This document shows, piece by piece, positions 49,788 to 60,600 of a stretch of DNA of 64,000 nt (positions are counted from its first letter, which is position 1; every line of letters begins with the position of its first letter). The notes under the pieces were generated by a model. That model was not told the origin of the DNA, did not search any database, and saw nothing but the letters and a program-made list of their open reading frames with translations. Origin of the DNA: a bacterium (lineage in GTDB: Bacteria; Hinthialibacterota; Hinthialibacteria; Hinthialibacterales; Hinthialibacteraceae); NCBI GenBank assembly GCA_963662285.2, contig CAXXMV010000008.1, positions 608,001 through 672,000 of the forward strand, written 5' to 3'. The position numbers were made by a program, and so were the translations under genes.

Positions 49788-52700
49788 ATGAGCCGCGCAT
49801 CGAAATCCTTTACCGCTTTAGGCGTTCGTCGGCCTGTGATGGCAGTTGTATTGAACTTATTAATCATACTTGCGGGCATCGCCAGTCTGATGGGAGTGGA
49901 TGTCCGTGAGTTGCCTGATGTCGATACTCCAACCGTTTCAGTACGGGCAACATTCGAAGGCGCTTCTCCTGAAACGATGGATACCGAAGTTACCAGTATC
50001 CTGGAAGGCGCCATTGCCCGCGTGCAAGGCGTTAAAACGATTCGCGCATCCAGTGAAGAAAATTACTGTAGAATATTTATCGAGTTTCAACCTTATATTG
50101 ATATTGATGTCGCCGCCAATGATGTCCGGGAGGCCATCAGCCGCAGAATGCGCGACCTACCTGATGAGATAGAAGACTTCTTCATCATGAAAGGCAATTT
50201 CGATGATGCTTCGGTTGCTGAACTTTCCGTTTATAGCGATACGTTGTCAAAAGAAGAATTAGCCAAACGGGTTGAAAAAGATATTGCGCCTCATTTTCTT
50301 TCCATTCCCGGAGTCGCCGATGTTGAAATGTCTGGCGATCAACAGCGCGTACTGCGTGTTTTACTTGATCCCGCCCGTATGGCGGGTTTGCGCGTATCCG
50401 TCAGTGAAGTAATTGACGCCTTACGCGATGCGCGACTTGATGTCCCTGCAGGTAGTTATGAATCGGAAGATCAGGAACTGATTATTCGAGCCGAAGCAAC
50501 CGTCATTCAGCCCAAGCGCGTAGAAGAACTTTATATTCGCGGCAATATTCGCATTGGTGATGTCGGCGTCGTGTTTTTCGGACCTGAGGACGCGGAAGAT
50601 TATTCAATGCTCAATGGACGCGTCGTCATCGGCATGGGCATCATCCGCCAATCCGGTGCGAACACCATTACTATTTCATCCGAGGTGGATAAAAAAGTTG
50701 CTGAAATAAATCAACGCGTCAATGAGTTTCATTTAACCAAAACATCAGACAACGCAATCTTTATCGAAGGAGCGCTCAAAGAAGTAGTGTTTTCTTTGCT
50801 CTGCGCTATAGGTATTGTGTTGATCGTAATCGCCGTCTTTTTGGGACGATGGCGAACGACATTAATCCCTGCGGTAACCATACCGGTCTCTCTCATCGGC
50901 ACGGTAGCGGCTGTCTGGCTATTAGGATTTTCGATTAATCTACTCACCTTATTGGCATTGGTCTTAGCGACTGGGTTGATTGTCGATGACGCCATTGTTG
51001 TGCTGGAAAACATTCAGCGCCGTCATAACCTGGGATTGGAAAAGATGGCTGCGTCCGTCCTGGGAACGCAACAAGTCTTCTTTGCTGTAATCGCAACAAC
51101 GCTGACTTTAGTCTCTGTATTTCTTCCGATATCATTTCTGCCCAGCCGGACCGGTATGTTGTTTCGCGAGTTCGGGTTGGTTCTGGCGGTTGCCGTCTGC
51201 ATAAGTTCCTTTGTCGCATTGACCTTATGCCCGATGATGGCTTCGCGTCTTCCCGAAGCATCTAAAAAAGGATTCATCATGGGCGGGATTATGGATATTC
51301 TCGCCCAGATAGGATGGGGATTAAGTTTTCTTTATTTTCAATCATTACGGATATTTCTTCAACACCGCTATTTATCACTGATACTGGCGTTGATTTTGGC
51401 TGGTTATGGCGCATCGTTCTTTATGAAAATTAATCAGGAACTTCTTCCCCAGGAAGACCGTGGAGTCATCTCTATAATGGCAACCGGGCCGGATGGAGCT
51501 TCACTCAGTTACTCCGACCGGCAGGCGGAGAAAGTAGAAGCAATCCTCTATCCATATCAAGAATCTGGATTGATTAAAGATATTTATACAACAGTCGGAC
51601 GGTACGATAAAAATCGCTCAATGACAATCGCCACTCTAAAGCATTGGGATGAGCGAACGATTACCCAACAAGAACTCGAGAAAGAGATCAATGAGAAACT
51701 CGTCCAGATACCCGGTACGCAAGTCACGATTCGTCGAGGCAACAGTTTAGGAATACGGGGCGCCGGATCAGGCATTAGCATCGCCCTGACCGGCAATGAT
51801 TACAATGATATCTTGCAGGTAGCCGTAAAGTTCAAGTCGGAATTAGAGAAACGCATTCCAATTATTGATGATGTCCAAATCAGTTTTGATACGTCTCAAC
51901 CTGAACTGTCATTCAATATTGATCGAAACCGGGTTAGCGACCTGAACGTATCGCTTGATGCTATCTCCCAAACCCTGCGGGTTATGGTTGACCGCTATGA
52001 TGTAGCTGATCTCAGCATTGATGATGAAGCCGTGCCCATTATGCTGGGTTCCATCCAAGGAGCTGCAGATGATCCCAACGACTTACTTAATATTTTTATT
52101 CCCAACCGCAATCGCGAATTAGTCCCGCTTACTACCTTGGTGGACATCAAAGAAGCAGGCGTCGCCGCTCAATTGGATCGTCACGCCCAACGCCGGGCTA
52201 TTGAAATGAATATCACTTTCCCTCCTGGCAATTCCTTAGGCGTTTTAGTAAACCAGATACAATCTATCGCCAACGAGGTCTTGCCGTTAGATACAGGTAT
52301 TTTGTTCCGTGGTGAAGCCGCTACGTTGAACGAAAACAATTATGAAGTGGCCATGACCTTTCTGATCGCGCTTTTGGTGATCTTTCTTGTTTTAGCCGCC
52401 CAATTTGAAAGCATCGGCAGTGCGTTAATTGTCATTTTCACGGTTCCCTTTGGATTGGCCGCCGCTGCCTTTGCACTCTCCATGTCGCATCAGACCTTGA
52501 ATGTCTATAGCCAGATCGGTTTTGTTATGCTGATCGGATTAATGACCAAAAATGCCATTCTTCTTGTCGAGTTTATGGATCAACTTCGTGATGAAGGACG
52601 TAGTGTATATGAGGCGATCATAGAAGGCATCGAAGTCCGCCTTCGCCCACTTGTAATGACTGTATTATCCACTGTTCTTGGCAGCCTACCATTGATATTG

Positions 52701-52913
52701 AGCCAAGGTCCAGGGGCGGAAGCGCGCAGTGCGATTGGGTGGGTTGTGTTTGGCGGCCTGGGCTTGTCATCCTTGTTTACATTGTACCTCACTCCATTGG
52801 GATATTTATTGATTGCTCCCTGGATGAAACCCCGCAGTCACGCCGAACGTCGGCTTGAGATGGAACTGGAAAAAGCGGAACAAGAAGAAATGCTTGAAGA
52901 GGCGATCCAATGA
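49788..52913 (+). CDS. RND efflux permease (AcrB/MdtC-like, HAE1)
   Basis: 1041 aa; GLIVDDAIVVLENI, AAQFES, GLMTKNAILLVEF and RLRPLVMT. Confidence 0.96.
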   Translation: MSRASKSFTALGVRRPVMAVVLNLLIILAGIASLMGVDVRELPDVDTPTVSVRATFEGASPETMDTEVTSILEGAIARVQGVKTIRASSEENYCRIFIEFQPYIDIDVAANDVREAISRRMRDLPDEIEDFFIMKGNFDDASVAELSVYSDTLSKEELAKRVEKDIAPHFLSIPGVADVEMSGDQQRVLRVLLDPARMAGLRVSVSEVIDALRDARLDVPAGSYESEDQELIIRAEATVIQPKRVEELYIRGNIRIGDVGVVFFGPEDAEDYSMLNGRVVIGMGIIRQSGANTITISSEVDKKVAEINQRVNEFHLTKTSDNAIFIEGALKEVVFSLLCAIGIVLIVIAVFLGRWRTTLIPAVTIPVSLIGTVAAVWLLGFSINLLTLLALVLATGLIVDDAIVVLENIQRRHNLGLEKMAASVLGTQQVFFAVIATTLTLVSVFLPISFLPSRTGMLFREFGLVLAVAVCISSFVALTLCPMMASRLPEASKKGFIMGGIMDILAQIGWGLSFLYFQSLRIFLQHRYLSLILALILAGYGASFFMKINQELLPQEDRGVISIMATGPDGASLSYSDRQAEKVEAILYPYQESGLIKDIYTTVGRYDKNRSMTIATLKHWDERTITQQELEKEINEKLVQIPGTQVTIRRGNSLGIRGAGSGISIALTGNDYNDILQVAVKFKSELEKRIPIIDDVQISFDTSQPELSFNIDRNRVSDLNVSLDAISQTLRVMVDRYDVADLSIDDEAVPIMLGSIQGAADDPNDLLNIFIPNRNRELVPLTTLVDIKEAGVAAQLDRHAQRRAIEMNITFPPGNSLGVLVNQIQSIANEVLPLDTGILFRGEAATLNENNYEVAMTFLIALLVIFLVLAAQFESIGSALIVIFTVPFGLAAAAFALSMSHQTLNVYSQIGFVMLIGLMTKNAILLVEFMDQLRDEGRSVYEAIIEGIEVRLRPLVMTVLSTVLGSLPLILSQGPGAEARSAIGWVVFGGLGLSSLFTLYLTPLGYLLIAPWMKPRSHAERRLEMELEKAEQEEMLEEAIQ

Positions 52914-54409
52914 AGTCATTGCTCAATATATTCATGCTTATAAGTATAGTTTTATTGCTCTCATCATGTGTGACCGGGCCGGATTACATTCCTCCAAAAA
53001 TCATGGCGCCAGATCGGTTTGTCTCACATGGTGTGTTCCAAAATCTAACCACGCGTTCCACTCTTGATCAAATAAGTCAAGCCAATGATTCTCCAACCAA
53101 TTGGTGGAAAGGCTTCTCTGATTCAAGCCTTGATCAATTAGTACAAGAAGCGTTGTATCAAAACTATTCTATCGCGATTGAGGAAGCTAGGTTGAATGAC
53201 GCTGAAGCGCAAATACGCCGTGTTGCATCGCGCTATAAAATTCATACCAATGCTTCATTAGATACTGGAATCGATCAGCGTAATGAATTTGGAAATGATA
53301 GTGATTCTTCAACCAGCGGTGGAATTTCCGGCGCCTTATCACTCGCCTTGCCGCTCGACATTTTCGGTCAGAACAAACGCGAAGTCGAAGCCGCTATTGC
53401 AGAATTAGAAAGCGCCAGCGCTGCTCTACGCGGCGCCGTTCTTCGCGTAAGCAGCGATATTGCTATTGCATATCTTCGGCTGCGGGGTAATCAACGCCAG
53501 TTAACGCTATTAAATGGCTCGGTTGCCTTGCAAGAAAAGACGCTGGCTATTGTGAAGAGCCGTTTTGATGCGGGATTGGCCCCGGAACTGGACTTGCGCC
53601 GCGCCGAGTCTGCCGTCGAAACTTTGCGCGCCGAAATTCCTTCTCTTCAGGAATCACTGATAAATTCCCGTAACAAAATCTCAATCCTGGCTGGCCGATA
53701 TCCTGGAGCGCATAACCAGATACTCAAAGAAGAAAAAGATATCCCCTCTTATAATTCTACTATTAAAGATGTTCTCCCAATTGACGTATTGACCATCCGA
53801 CCGGATGTTCAACAGGCCGAAGCTGAACTCAAAAGCGCCATAGCTCAAATCGGAGTGGAAATGGCTGAATGGTATCCTGCTTTTCAGATCGGCAAGCAGC
53901 TTAGCCTTGGCGGCGTGAGTAGTAGTGGAGAACCAACCGTTGGCATCTTTATTGCCGGACTCAGCGCACTGATACAGCAAGTTGTCACTGATGGCGGCGC
54001 CCGTCAAGCCAGCTTAGACAGCGCCAGAGCACGCGCTGAAGAAGCGTTGGCCAGATATCATCAATCATTACTCAACGCCGTTCTTGAAGTCGAAACATCA
54101 TTAGCTGCATTGCAATCAGCGCTTGATCGTCAAATCCCGCTTTCAAAATCCGTAGACTCCAGCACCCGCAGCGCCTTTCAGGCGGAGGTTTTGTACCGTC
54201 AGGGATTGGCCAGTTTTCTGGATGTTGTAGACGCCCAGCGCGTTCTTGCGTCAGCCCAGCAAAGACTTGCTTCCACTCGAACCGCTTATGCTGTTGAAGT
54301 GGCGAATTTGTTCCGTGTATTAGGAACTCCAGTCAATCTTGCAAAGAATAGACCAAACAACGCATCTTCGTTGAGCGAATTATACGGCGCCGATAATCTA
54401 TCTAAATGA
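52910..54409 (+). CDS. Outer-membrane efflux lipoprotein (NodT/OprM family)
   Basis: LSSC lipobox, GPDY, WWKGFSD, RPDVQQAE and FLDVVDAQR. Confidence 0.94.
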   Translation: MKSLLNIFMLISIVLLLSSCVTGPDYIPPKIMAPDRFVSHGVFQNLTTRSTLDQISQANDSPTNWWKGFSDSSLDQLVQEALYQNYSIAIEEARLNDAEAQIRRVASRYKIHTNASLDTGIDQRNEFGNDSDSSTSGGISGALSLALPLDIFGQNKREVEAAIAELESASAALRGAVLRVSSDIAIAYLRLRGNQRQLTLLNGSVALQEKTLAIVKSRFDAGLAPELDLRRAESAVETLRAEIPSLQESLINSRNKISILAGRYPGAHNQILKEEKDIPSYNSTIKDVLPIDVLTIRPDVQQAEAELKSAIAQIGVEMAEWYPAFQIGKQLSLGGVSSSGEPTVGIFIAGLSALIQQVVTDGGARQASLDSARARAEEALARYHQSLLNAVLEVETSLAALQSALDRQIPLSKSVDSSTRSAFQAEVLYRQGLASFLDVVDAQRVLASAQQRLASTRTAYAVEVANLFRVLGTPVNLAKNRPNNASSLSELYGADNLSK

Positions 54410-54611
54410 ACTCGTTATAAACGGTGTTATGAAAACCCCTTTAACTACATTTCCTCATTTGTGTCGGCTTATCTACTTATAAATACATACTTGATCCCTA
54501 ATTGTTTTTTAACTTGACATTAATTGTCCTTTCATGATTGAATTGAATTTAAGCATGAGAAGCAACAATGTTTTCATCATTATCACATTAGATTCCAAAA
54601 GGAGAAACAAT

Positions 54612-55295
54612 ATGAAAAAAGTATTCGCAGTGACAATAGCATTGATGTTTAGTAGTATTGTTTGTATGGGACAACCTGTTGGGATTTTTACTGATCAAGC
54701 TAGCGTCGGTGATGACAATTTTTTCGGATATGTCACTTATGAAAATGATGCTTACGAGATTGAAGGAAGCGGCAACGACATTTGGGACGTCCCGGATGGC
54801 TTTTTCTGGGTTTATAAAGAAATTACTGGTGATTTCACTGCGACGGCCACTGTTGAATGGTTAACCGGAGTAGATGAAGGTGATACATGGAAAAAGGCGG
54901 GGATTATTGCGCGTAATACAGCGGATGACCCATTGAGAACCGATGGCGAATATGCTTGTTCAGCATTGATCAAAGGTAATTTTAGTAACTTTTTTGTAAG
55001 GCCATTACCCGATGAGGGGGAGGAAGACACAGTTGACGGCTCCGGTCAGGATATTAGCGCTTACACAATTACGATCCAACTAAAACGTGTGGGTGATGTT
55101 TTTAGTATGCTTCGCGGCTTGGTTGCCGGAGGGTTTGAAGAACTCGGTTCTATAGAAATCGATATGCTAGATACCGTTGTGGTTGGTCTTTGTGTTACCT
55201 CACATAATACAAGCACTATCGAAATTGCTAATTTCACCGATGTGAGTATTGACCAAACAACTACGTCCATACTTGATTTTGCTTTATACGAATAA
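54612..55295 (+). CDS. Secreted beta-sandwich (DUF1349/LamG-like) protein
   Basis: Signal peptide; GSGNDIW...DGFFWVYKEITGDF, WKKAGII and VGLCVTSH. AGGAG RBS before ATG 54612. Confidence 0.72.
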   Translation: MKKVFAVTIALMFSSIVCMGQPVGIFTDQASVGDDNFFGYVTYENDAYEIEGSGNDIWDVPDGFFWVYKEITGDFTATATVEWLTGVDEGDTWKKAGIIARNTADDPLRTDGEYACSALIKGNFSNFFVRPLPDEGEEDTVDGSGQDISAYTITIQLKRVGDVFSMLRGLVAGGFEELGSIEIDMLDTVVVGLCVTSHNTSTIEIANFTDVSIDQTTTSILDFALYE

Positions 55296-55378
55296 TCAAA
55301 TCTAAAAAAGTTTTTCGCTATTTGGCGTGTATAAAACTCTAAAATATTGCTTGCTCATGGTCTATATATTATATACCA

Positions 55379-55410
55379 CGCCCGTCGTCACTTTGAGTGA
55401 ACGACGGGCG
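55379..55410. terminator. Hairpin between convergent genes (terminator-like)
   Basis: CGCCCGTCGT...ACGACGGGCG 10-bp perfect stem; no clear U-tract. Confidence 0.5.
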
Positions 55411-55482
55411 GTTCTGTCGTAGAGGATAAAAGATCGCTATCGAGTTCTGGATCGGCGAAGTTGAAAAATTGAATTAGAGCAT

Positions 55483-56385
55483 TTAGTGATAGAGAGAAAA
55501 ATGATTTACACTAGAGACTTCTTCATATTCCATCACGAGACGGAAACCGATTTCGACATATTGAATATCAGGAGTGCAGAAATCGCAACGCCGGTCCGCT
55601 GATCGTAAACCTTGAGCATACCCGGTAGAGCCGCCACCGCGTACTACACGCGCCGTACCGGTTTCAGGACCGATGGGGTCCACTTGAGGATCCCGTTCCT
55701 GGGGCCATTCCCACCAATCCTGACACCATTCCCACAAATTGCCATGTATGTCATAAAGCCCCCATGGATTGGGTAACTTTTCTCCGACTGGGTGGGGAGT
55801 TTTATCTTCCACAAAGTTACCACCCCACCACATATACATGTCGTGAATCTCGCTATACTCTTTTAGTAAATTTGTTTCCAGAACATCTCCATGCGAAAAT
55901 CTCGTTGTGGTTCCAGCGCGGCAGGCATATTCCCATTCCGCTTCCGTTGGCATCCGAAATTTTCCAAGCCCCATTTCATTGATCTTTTCGATAAATATCT
56001 GGCAATCATTCCAACTTACGTTATTGACAGGGATGTTTTTGCCTTTTCTACTCGCCGGATTCGATCCCATTACGGCCTTCCATTGTTCTTGCGTCACTTC
56101 ATATACGCCGAAATAAAACGGTTGCGAAATCGTAACCTGGTGCAACGGCCAATCCATATTCATCCCAGGCCCATTTGTAATAAAGTTACGTTCTTCTTCC
56201 GATGATCCCATTGTGAACGCGCCCGCCGGAATAAGCGTCATCTCTAATGGTTTTACATCCTCAACCAAACCGGGAATTTCTACCATAATGGTTGCTAACT
56301 CAGGTTCTTCCTGTGAAAAAGCATCATCAGACATTCCGAAGCAAAGCAACAAGCCGATCAAAAACAGTCTAATCACATTCATCAT
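55483..56385 (-). CDS. Secreted formylglycine-generating enzyme (SUMF1) family domain protein
   Basis: IPAGAFTMGS, YEVTQEQW, RMPTEAEWEYACRAG, PNPWGLYDIHGNLWEWC, RVVRGG and IGFRLV. Confidence 0.9.
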   Translation of the reverse strand: MMNVIRLFLIGLLLCFGMSDDAFSQEEPELATIMVEIPGLVEDVKPLEMTLIPAGAFTMGSSEEERNFITNGPGMNMDWPLHQVTISQPFYFGVYEVTQEQWKAVMGSNPASRKGKNIPVNNVSWNDCQIFIEKINEMGLGKFRMPTEAEWEYACRAGTTTRFSHGDVLETNLLKEYSEIHDMYMWWGGNFVEDKTPHPVGEKLPNPWGLYDIHGNLWEWCQDWWEWPQERDPQVDPIGPETGTARVVRGGGSTGYAQGLRSADRRCDFCTPDIQYVEIGFRLVMEYEEVSSVNHFSLYH

Positions 56386-56410
56386 ACATCTCCTTTTCCT
56401 ATATTTTATT

Positions 56411-56809
56411 TTACAATTCAGAAATCGTTGCGCTTTCAAACCATTCATCCCGCATGACTGTTTCCAATGCGGTCATTAATTCCTGATCCAGATGATTCTT
56501 AAGCAGGTAACCGGAAGCTCCGGCTTGCCTGGACAGATCAACGAAAGCTGAATCGGTATGCACGGTGAGGATAATAATCTTACAATCCGGCAAATGCTGG
56601 TGGATTGCGCGCGTCGCTTCAATGCCGTTCAGTCCGGGCATGGAAATATCCATCAAAACCAAAACTGGTTGGAATTGTTCCGCCATTACAATCGCTTCCC
56701 GGCCATTTACCCCTTCCCTGATTTCAACAGGGCCTAGCATTTCTTCCAGTAAGGAGCGCACATAGTTCCGGAAATCCGCGACATCATCGACCAACAATAT
56801 TTTCATCAT
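56411..56809 (-). CDS. Single-domain response regulator (REC only)
   Basis: ILLVDD, LMDISMPG, LTVH and GYLLK; no output domain. Confidence 0.85.
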   Translation of the reverse strand: MMKILLVDDVADFRNYVRSLLEEMLGPVEIREGVNGREAIVMAEQFQPVLVLMDISMPGLNGIEATRAIHQHLPDCKIIILTVHTDSAFVDLSRQAGASGYLLKNHLDQELMTALETVMRDEWFESATISEL

Positions 56810-56920
56810 CCGTTCATATCCATGTCCTGTATGAATTATCATTGTACGATAAACAGATATGCTGTATATTCTGAATTTCATGGAAATTAAAATCGGTTAG
56901 TCAGTGGATCAGATATCCAG

Positions 56921-56956
56921 AAAAGTAGGGAGAGGCCTTAGTTAAAAGTAGGGAGA
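56921..56956. promoter_or_regulatory. Direct repeat AAAAGTAGGGAGA x2, candidate regulator binding site
   Basis: Identical 13-mers at 56921-56933 and 56944-56956 (23-bp period), just downstream of the NarL gene and upstream of the REC-only gene. Confidence 0.45.
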
Positions 56957-56958
56957 AA

Positions 56959-57609
56959 TCAGGACTCGATTGACGTCAATCCATGCCGAATGGCGTATTT
57001 GGTGAGCTCGGCGATGGTATGAATATCCAGTTTCTTCATGATATTCTGCCGATGCGTCTCGATAGTGCTATCACTGACGCAAAGAAAAGAGGCTGCTTCT
57101 TTGGTTGATTTACCTTCGGCGATTTGTCGTAAAACATCTCGTTCCCGTGGGGTCAGTGGATTCGGCGAACGATCCAGGTGGGAAGGATCCTTTTGCATGA
57201 ATTTGAACACGGAATCCACGACGGATGGAGAGAGATAGGTTCGGTTTTTAATTACCGTCTGGATGGCTTCGATGAGTTCGTCGATCTCACAACTTTTAGG
57301 CAGATATCCCGACGCCCCCGCCTCGATCATCCGCGCCACCAATTCGCTATCCGTGTGAACAGACAACGCCAACACTTTAACCTCAGGCGAAAGCGTCTTG
57401 ATCTGTCGGGTCGCCTCTATTCCGGTCATATTGGGCATACTGATATCCATGACGATGACATCAATATCCTGTTGCTGAATCAAATCCAGAGCTTCACGTC
57501 CATCGCTTGCTACCGCAACCACTTCGAAATCAGAATGGTTCTCCAACAGGGCGCGAATTCCATCACGGATTACGACATGATCATCTGCCAATAAAATTCG
57601 TACTTTCAC
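56959..57609 (-). CDS. NarL/FixJ family response regulator
   Basis: ILLADDH, MDISMP and LTPRERDVL...TIETHRQNIMKKL. Confidence 0.95.
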   Translation of the reverse strand: MKVRILLADDHVVIRDGIRALLENHSDFEVVAVASDGREALDLIQQQDIDVIVMDISMPNMTGIEATRQIKTLSPEVKVLALSVHTDSELVARMIEAGASGYLPKSCEIDELIEAIQTVIKNRTYLSPSVVDSVFKFMQKDPSHLDRSPNPLTPRERDVLRQIAEGKSTKEAASFLCVSDSTIETHRQNIMKKLDIHTIAELTKYAIRHGLTSIES

Positions 57610-57645
57610 GTAAAATCTTCTCCCTTGCGTCTAAAGATGATTGTT

Positions 57646-60600
57646 TCACTGCAATGGAATTGTCAAACGCACAATCGTTCCTTGATTTGGGATTGATTGA
57701 ATATCTAACTCACCACCCATTCGAGTGGCTCGTTCCCGTAAACCGAATAGTCCATAACCGCCTTGATCCGACATACGGTTAGTAGTTTTCTGCAATATCA
57801 ATCCGATTCCGTCGTCGCTGACTTGAATCTGGATTGTATCTTTATCCAACATCAATGAAACATCTACATGCGAGGCCTGTGCGTGTTTAGTAATATTCAT
57901 TAATAATTCCCGCGTTGCGCGAAATAGAAAGTATCGAAGTTCTTCCGCTAACGACTCTGATCCGCCCGATTCCTGGAAGTCGACTACAAACCCATGATGT
58001 CCCTGAAATTCTTCTGCCAATTGCGCGATGGCCGGCCCAAGTCCGGCTTGATAAAGGAGAGGCGGGCACAGTTGATAGGTGAGATCGCGAGTGGATTGGA
58101 GAGTTTGATCGAGACGTTTTCGGATCCGGGACGCTTGATCCTTGATTTCTTCCACAGCTTTTACTTTTGCTAACGAGGATAGTTCCAACATCGATAGAGC
58201 GAGCGATTGGCTAAGGCTGTCATGCAGATCCGATGCTAATTTACGCCGCTCACGTTCTTCGATCAAAAACAGTTCTGAGGTCAAGGCTTGCAATTTCTCG
58301 CGATGGCTGAGTAACTGTTCGTTTGCATTGGCCAAATGTTCCGTTCGTTCTGCAACCAATCGGGCTAAATTGAAATACTTTGATCCCAGAAGAATCAGCA
58401 AGACTATGATAATAATCAAAGCCAACGTCATAATCAGAATGAAGACCGGTTCTTTATACCAGGGCGCCAATACCTCAAATTCCCAGACCGCTGGTATTGC
58501 GGCTTGATTGTAATTCACATCTATGGCTGTGACTTTTAGCTGATGATTCCCCGTTTCCAGTTTTGGAAATACTGAGAATGCATTATAGGAGTAAGACGAC
58601 CAATCTCCATCATCCAAACAATATGAGTATTGCAGTTTATCTTTATCCGTGTATTTCCAGCGGTCTTCAGCAGTAAAAATAATACGGACATTAACATGGG
58701 GCAAAAATTTCTGATTATTCTCATCTTCCGGGATATTGATGATCGGTGGATCGATATCGGCTTCTGGACAAAAAAGCCGGTCGCCAGTTCGCGTGTTCGC
58801 CCAGATACGTTGTTGGTGATCCTCAAAGATAGACAGATATGTTGAAGATGGAAGCCCCTCTTTATAATTGTGATACGTCCATATCCCATCCTTCCAGCGA
58901 TAGATGCGCTTTCGCGCTACAGCCCAAATGTCGCCGTCATGACTTTCCAGCAGTTGGGTGATGCCGACATCCTCATTGCAATCCAGTTTTTTACGCCATT
59001 GCCCATTATCATATTCAAATACAGCATATCCGAAACCGGCCCAAATGGTTCCATCCGATAGTTCTAAAAATGCGCTTCCTGGACTGTCCGGTTTATATTT
59101 CACCGGAGGTTCAATCGTTTGATAATGTCCACCTCGTATAATTCCAAAAGGACCGCGATAAACATTCAATAACCAGATGTCACCTGCACTGGTATAAAAC
59201 ACACGAGTTCTTTCATCCAGACCGGGTATCGCATTCCCATTAGCGATAAGTCGGTATGTATTACCGTCATATTGCTCAACCGAAAGCAGGTTGGTTTGAT
59301 TATCTTTACAGATAAAATAAATGGTTTGATTCGGTCCGGGGAATCCATTCAATAAACTCTTACCAAAGTGTGTAACCGATTCGATGAGATCGGCGGATGC
59401 ATCATACACGATCAGTTGATTCAGTTTCGGATCATACCCATTCTTATAGATATAAAGAACCGTGCGTCCATCTGCCAAGGGATGACATTGTAAATCGATA
59501 TTAATGTTTTCAAGATCCTCGATCTGATCCACCGTTTTCCGATCATATCTATGAATCTCATTCTCTTGTTCACGAATCAATTGTCCGGGTCTCGCCAGCC
59601 AAAGATTACCGTTTCCATCGGTGCCCAATACTTTGTCAGAAATTTGGAAATGGGGATTCACTTTCGTCGGAGGTTGCCATAAGACCGGCGCATGACGAAT
59701 CAAACCACCGGTAGAGCCATATAATGCAATATCATCTTTGCTAAAAACAGAATGTACAAAGGCCAAACCTAATATGTCGTTTCCTTCGATTGTTTGGACA
59801 TCTTCTCCTGGTTCCTGCATATAAATCAATCCAGTAAGCTCTCCGGTTATCCAAATTCGTCCTAGAGAATCTGCCCAGCCGTTGCGGAATTGAAAAGGAT
59901 AATTTTGAGTTAGTTTTTCCCAGCCCTCACCATTAAATCGCATCAGAAAAGAGAAAGTTAATCCGGCGCCTTGCTCATCTACTCGTACATAGATTTCTTG
60001 ATCGGTTAGAACAATCGGATACCGTTGAATTTTTCTATGATCCGCTCCGGGAAGTGGATATTCTCTCCATGTCCACTCGCCTTGCGCATTTCGAGTGAAT
60101 CGAAAAATCCCTTGATCCCCGATTCCCCAAAAAACGCCTTTAGTTGATCCTTTATTGATCGACTGAAAGAATTCATGGGAAGTTTCTTCTCTTAGAAGGA
60201 TATCTTGAGATTTTCCGGTATCGAGATCATACGAAAAAAATTTCTCCTGGTTGGTCATAATCAGAAGATCTGATTCATAAAACTCAAAGCAATCCGTATC
60301 CCATATGGCTTTTCCCTGCAAATCCGCTATCGGAAATTTTTGCCATTGTTTCTTCGCAGGATCATACATAATCATCCCAAAATAATCAGGAGGCATGATT
60401 TGCGATTGATCGTTGTAGACCGACCAGATGCGTCCCTGTTTATCTTGTTGAATCTCGCCTAAGCGCGAATCCACAGGGATTGTTTTTATTTCATAGCCAT
60501 CATAGATAAAAACAGTCTCATGGTTGTGAATCAGAATGTCTCCTTCTGGCGTGAAATTCACTGTGAATGGCAATGGAATCTCTGGAAAATAACTCCAGAC

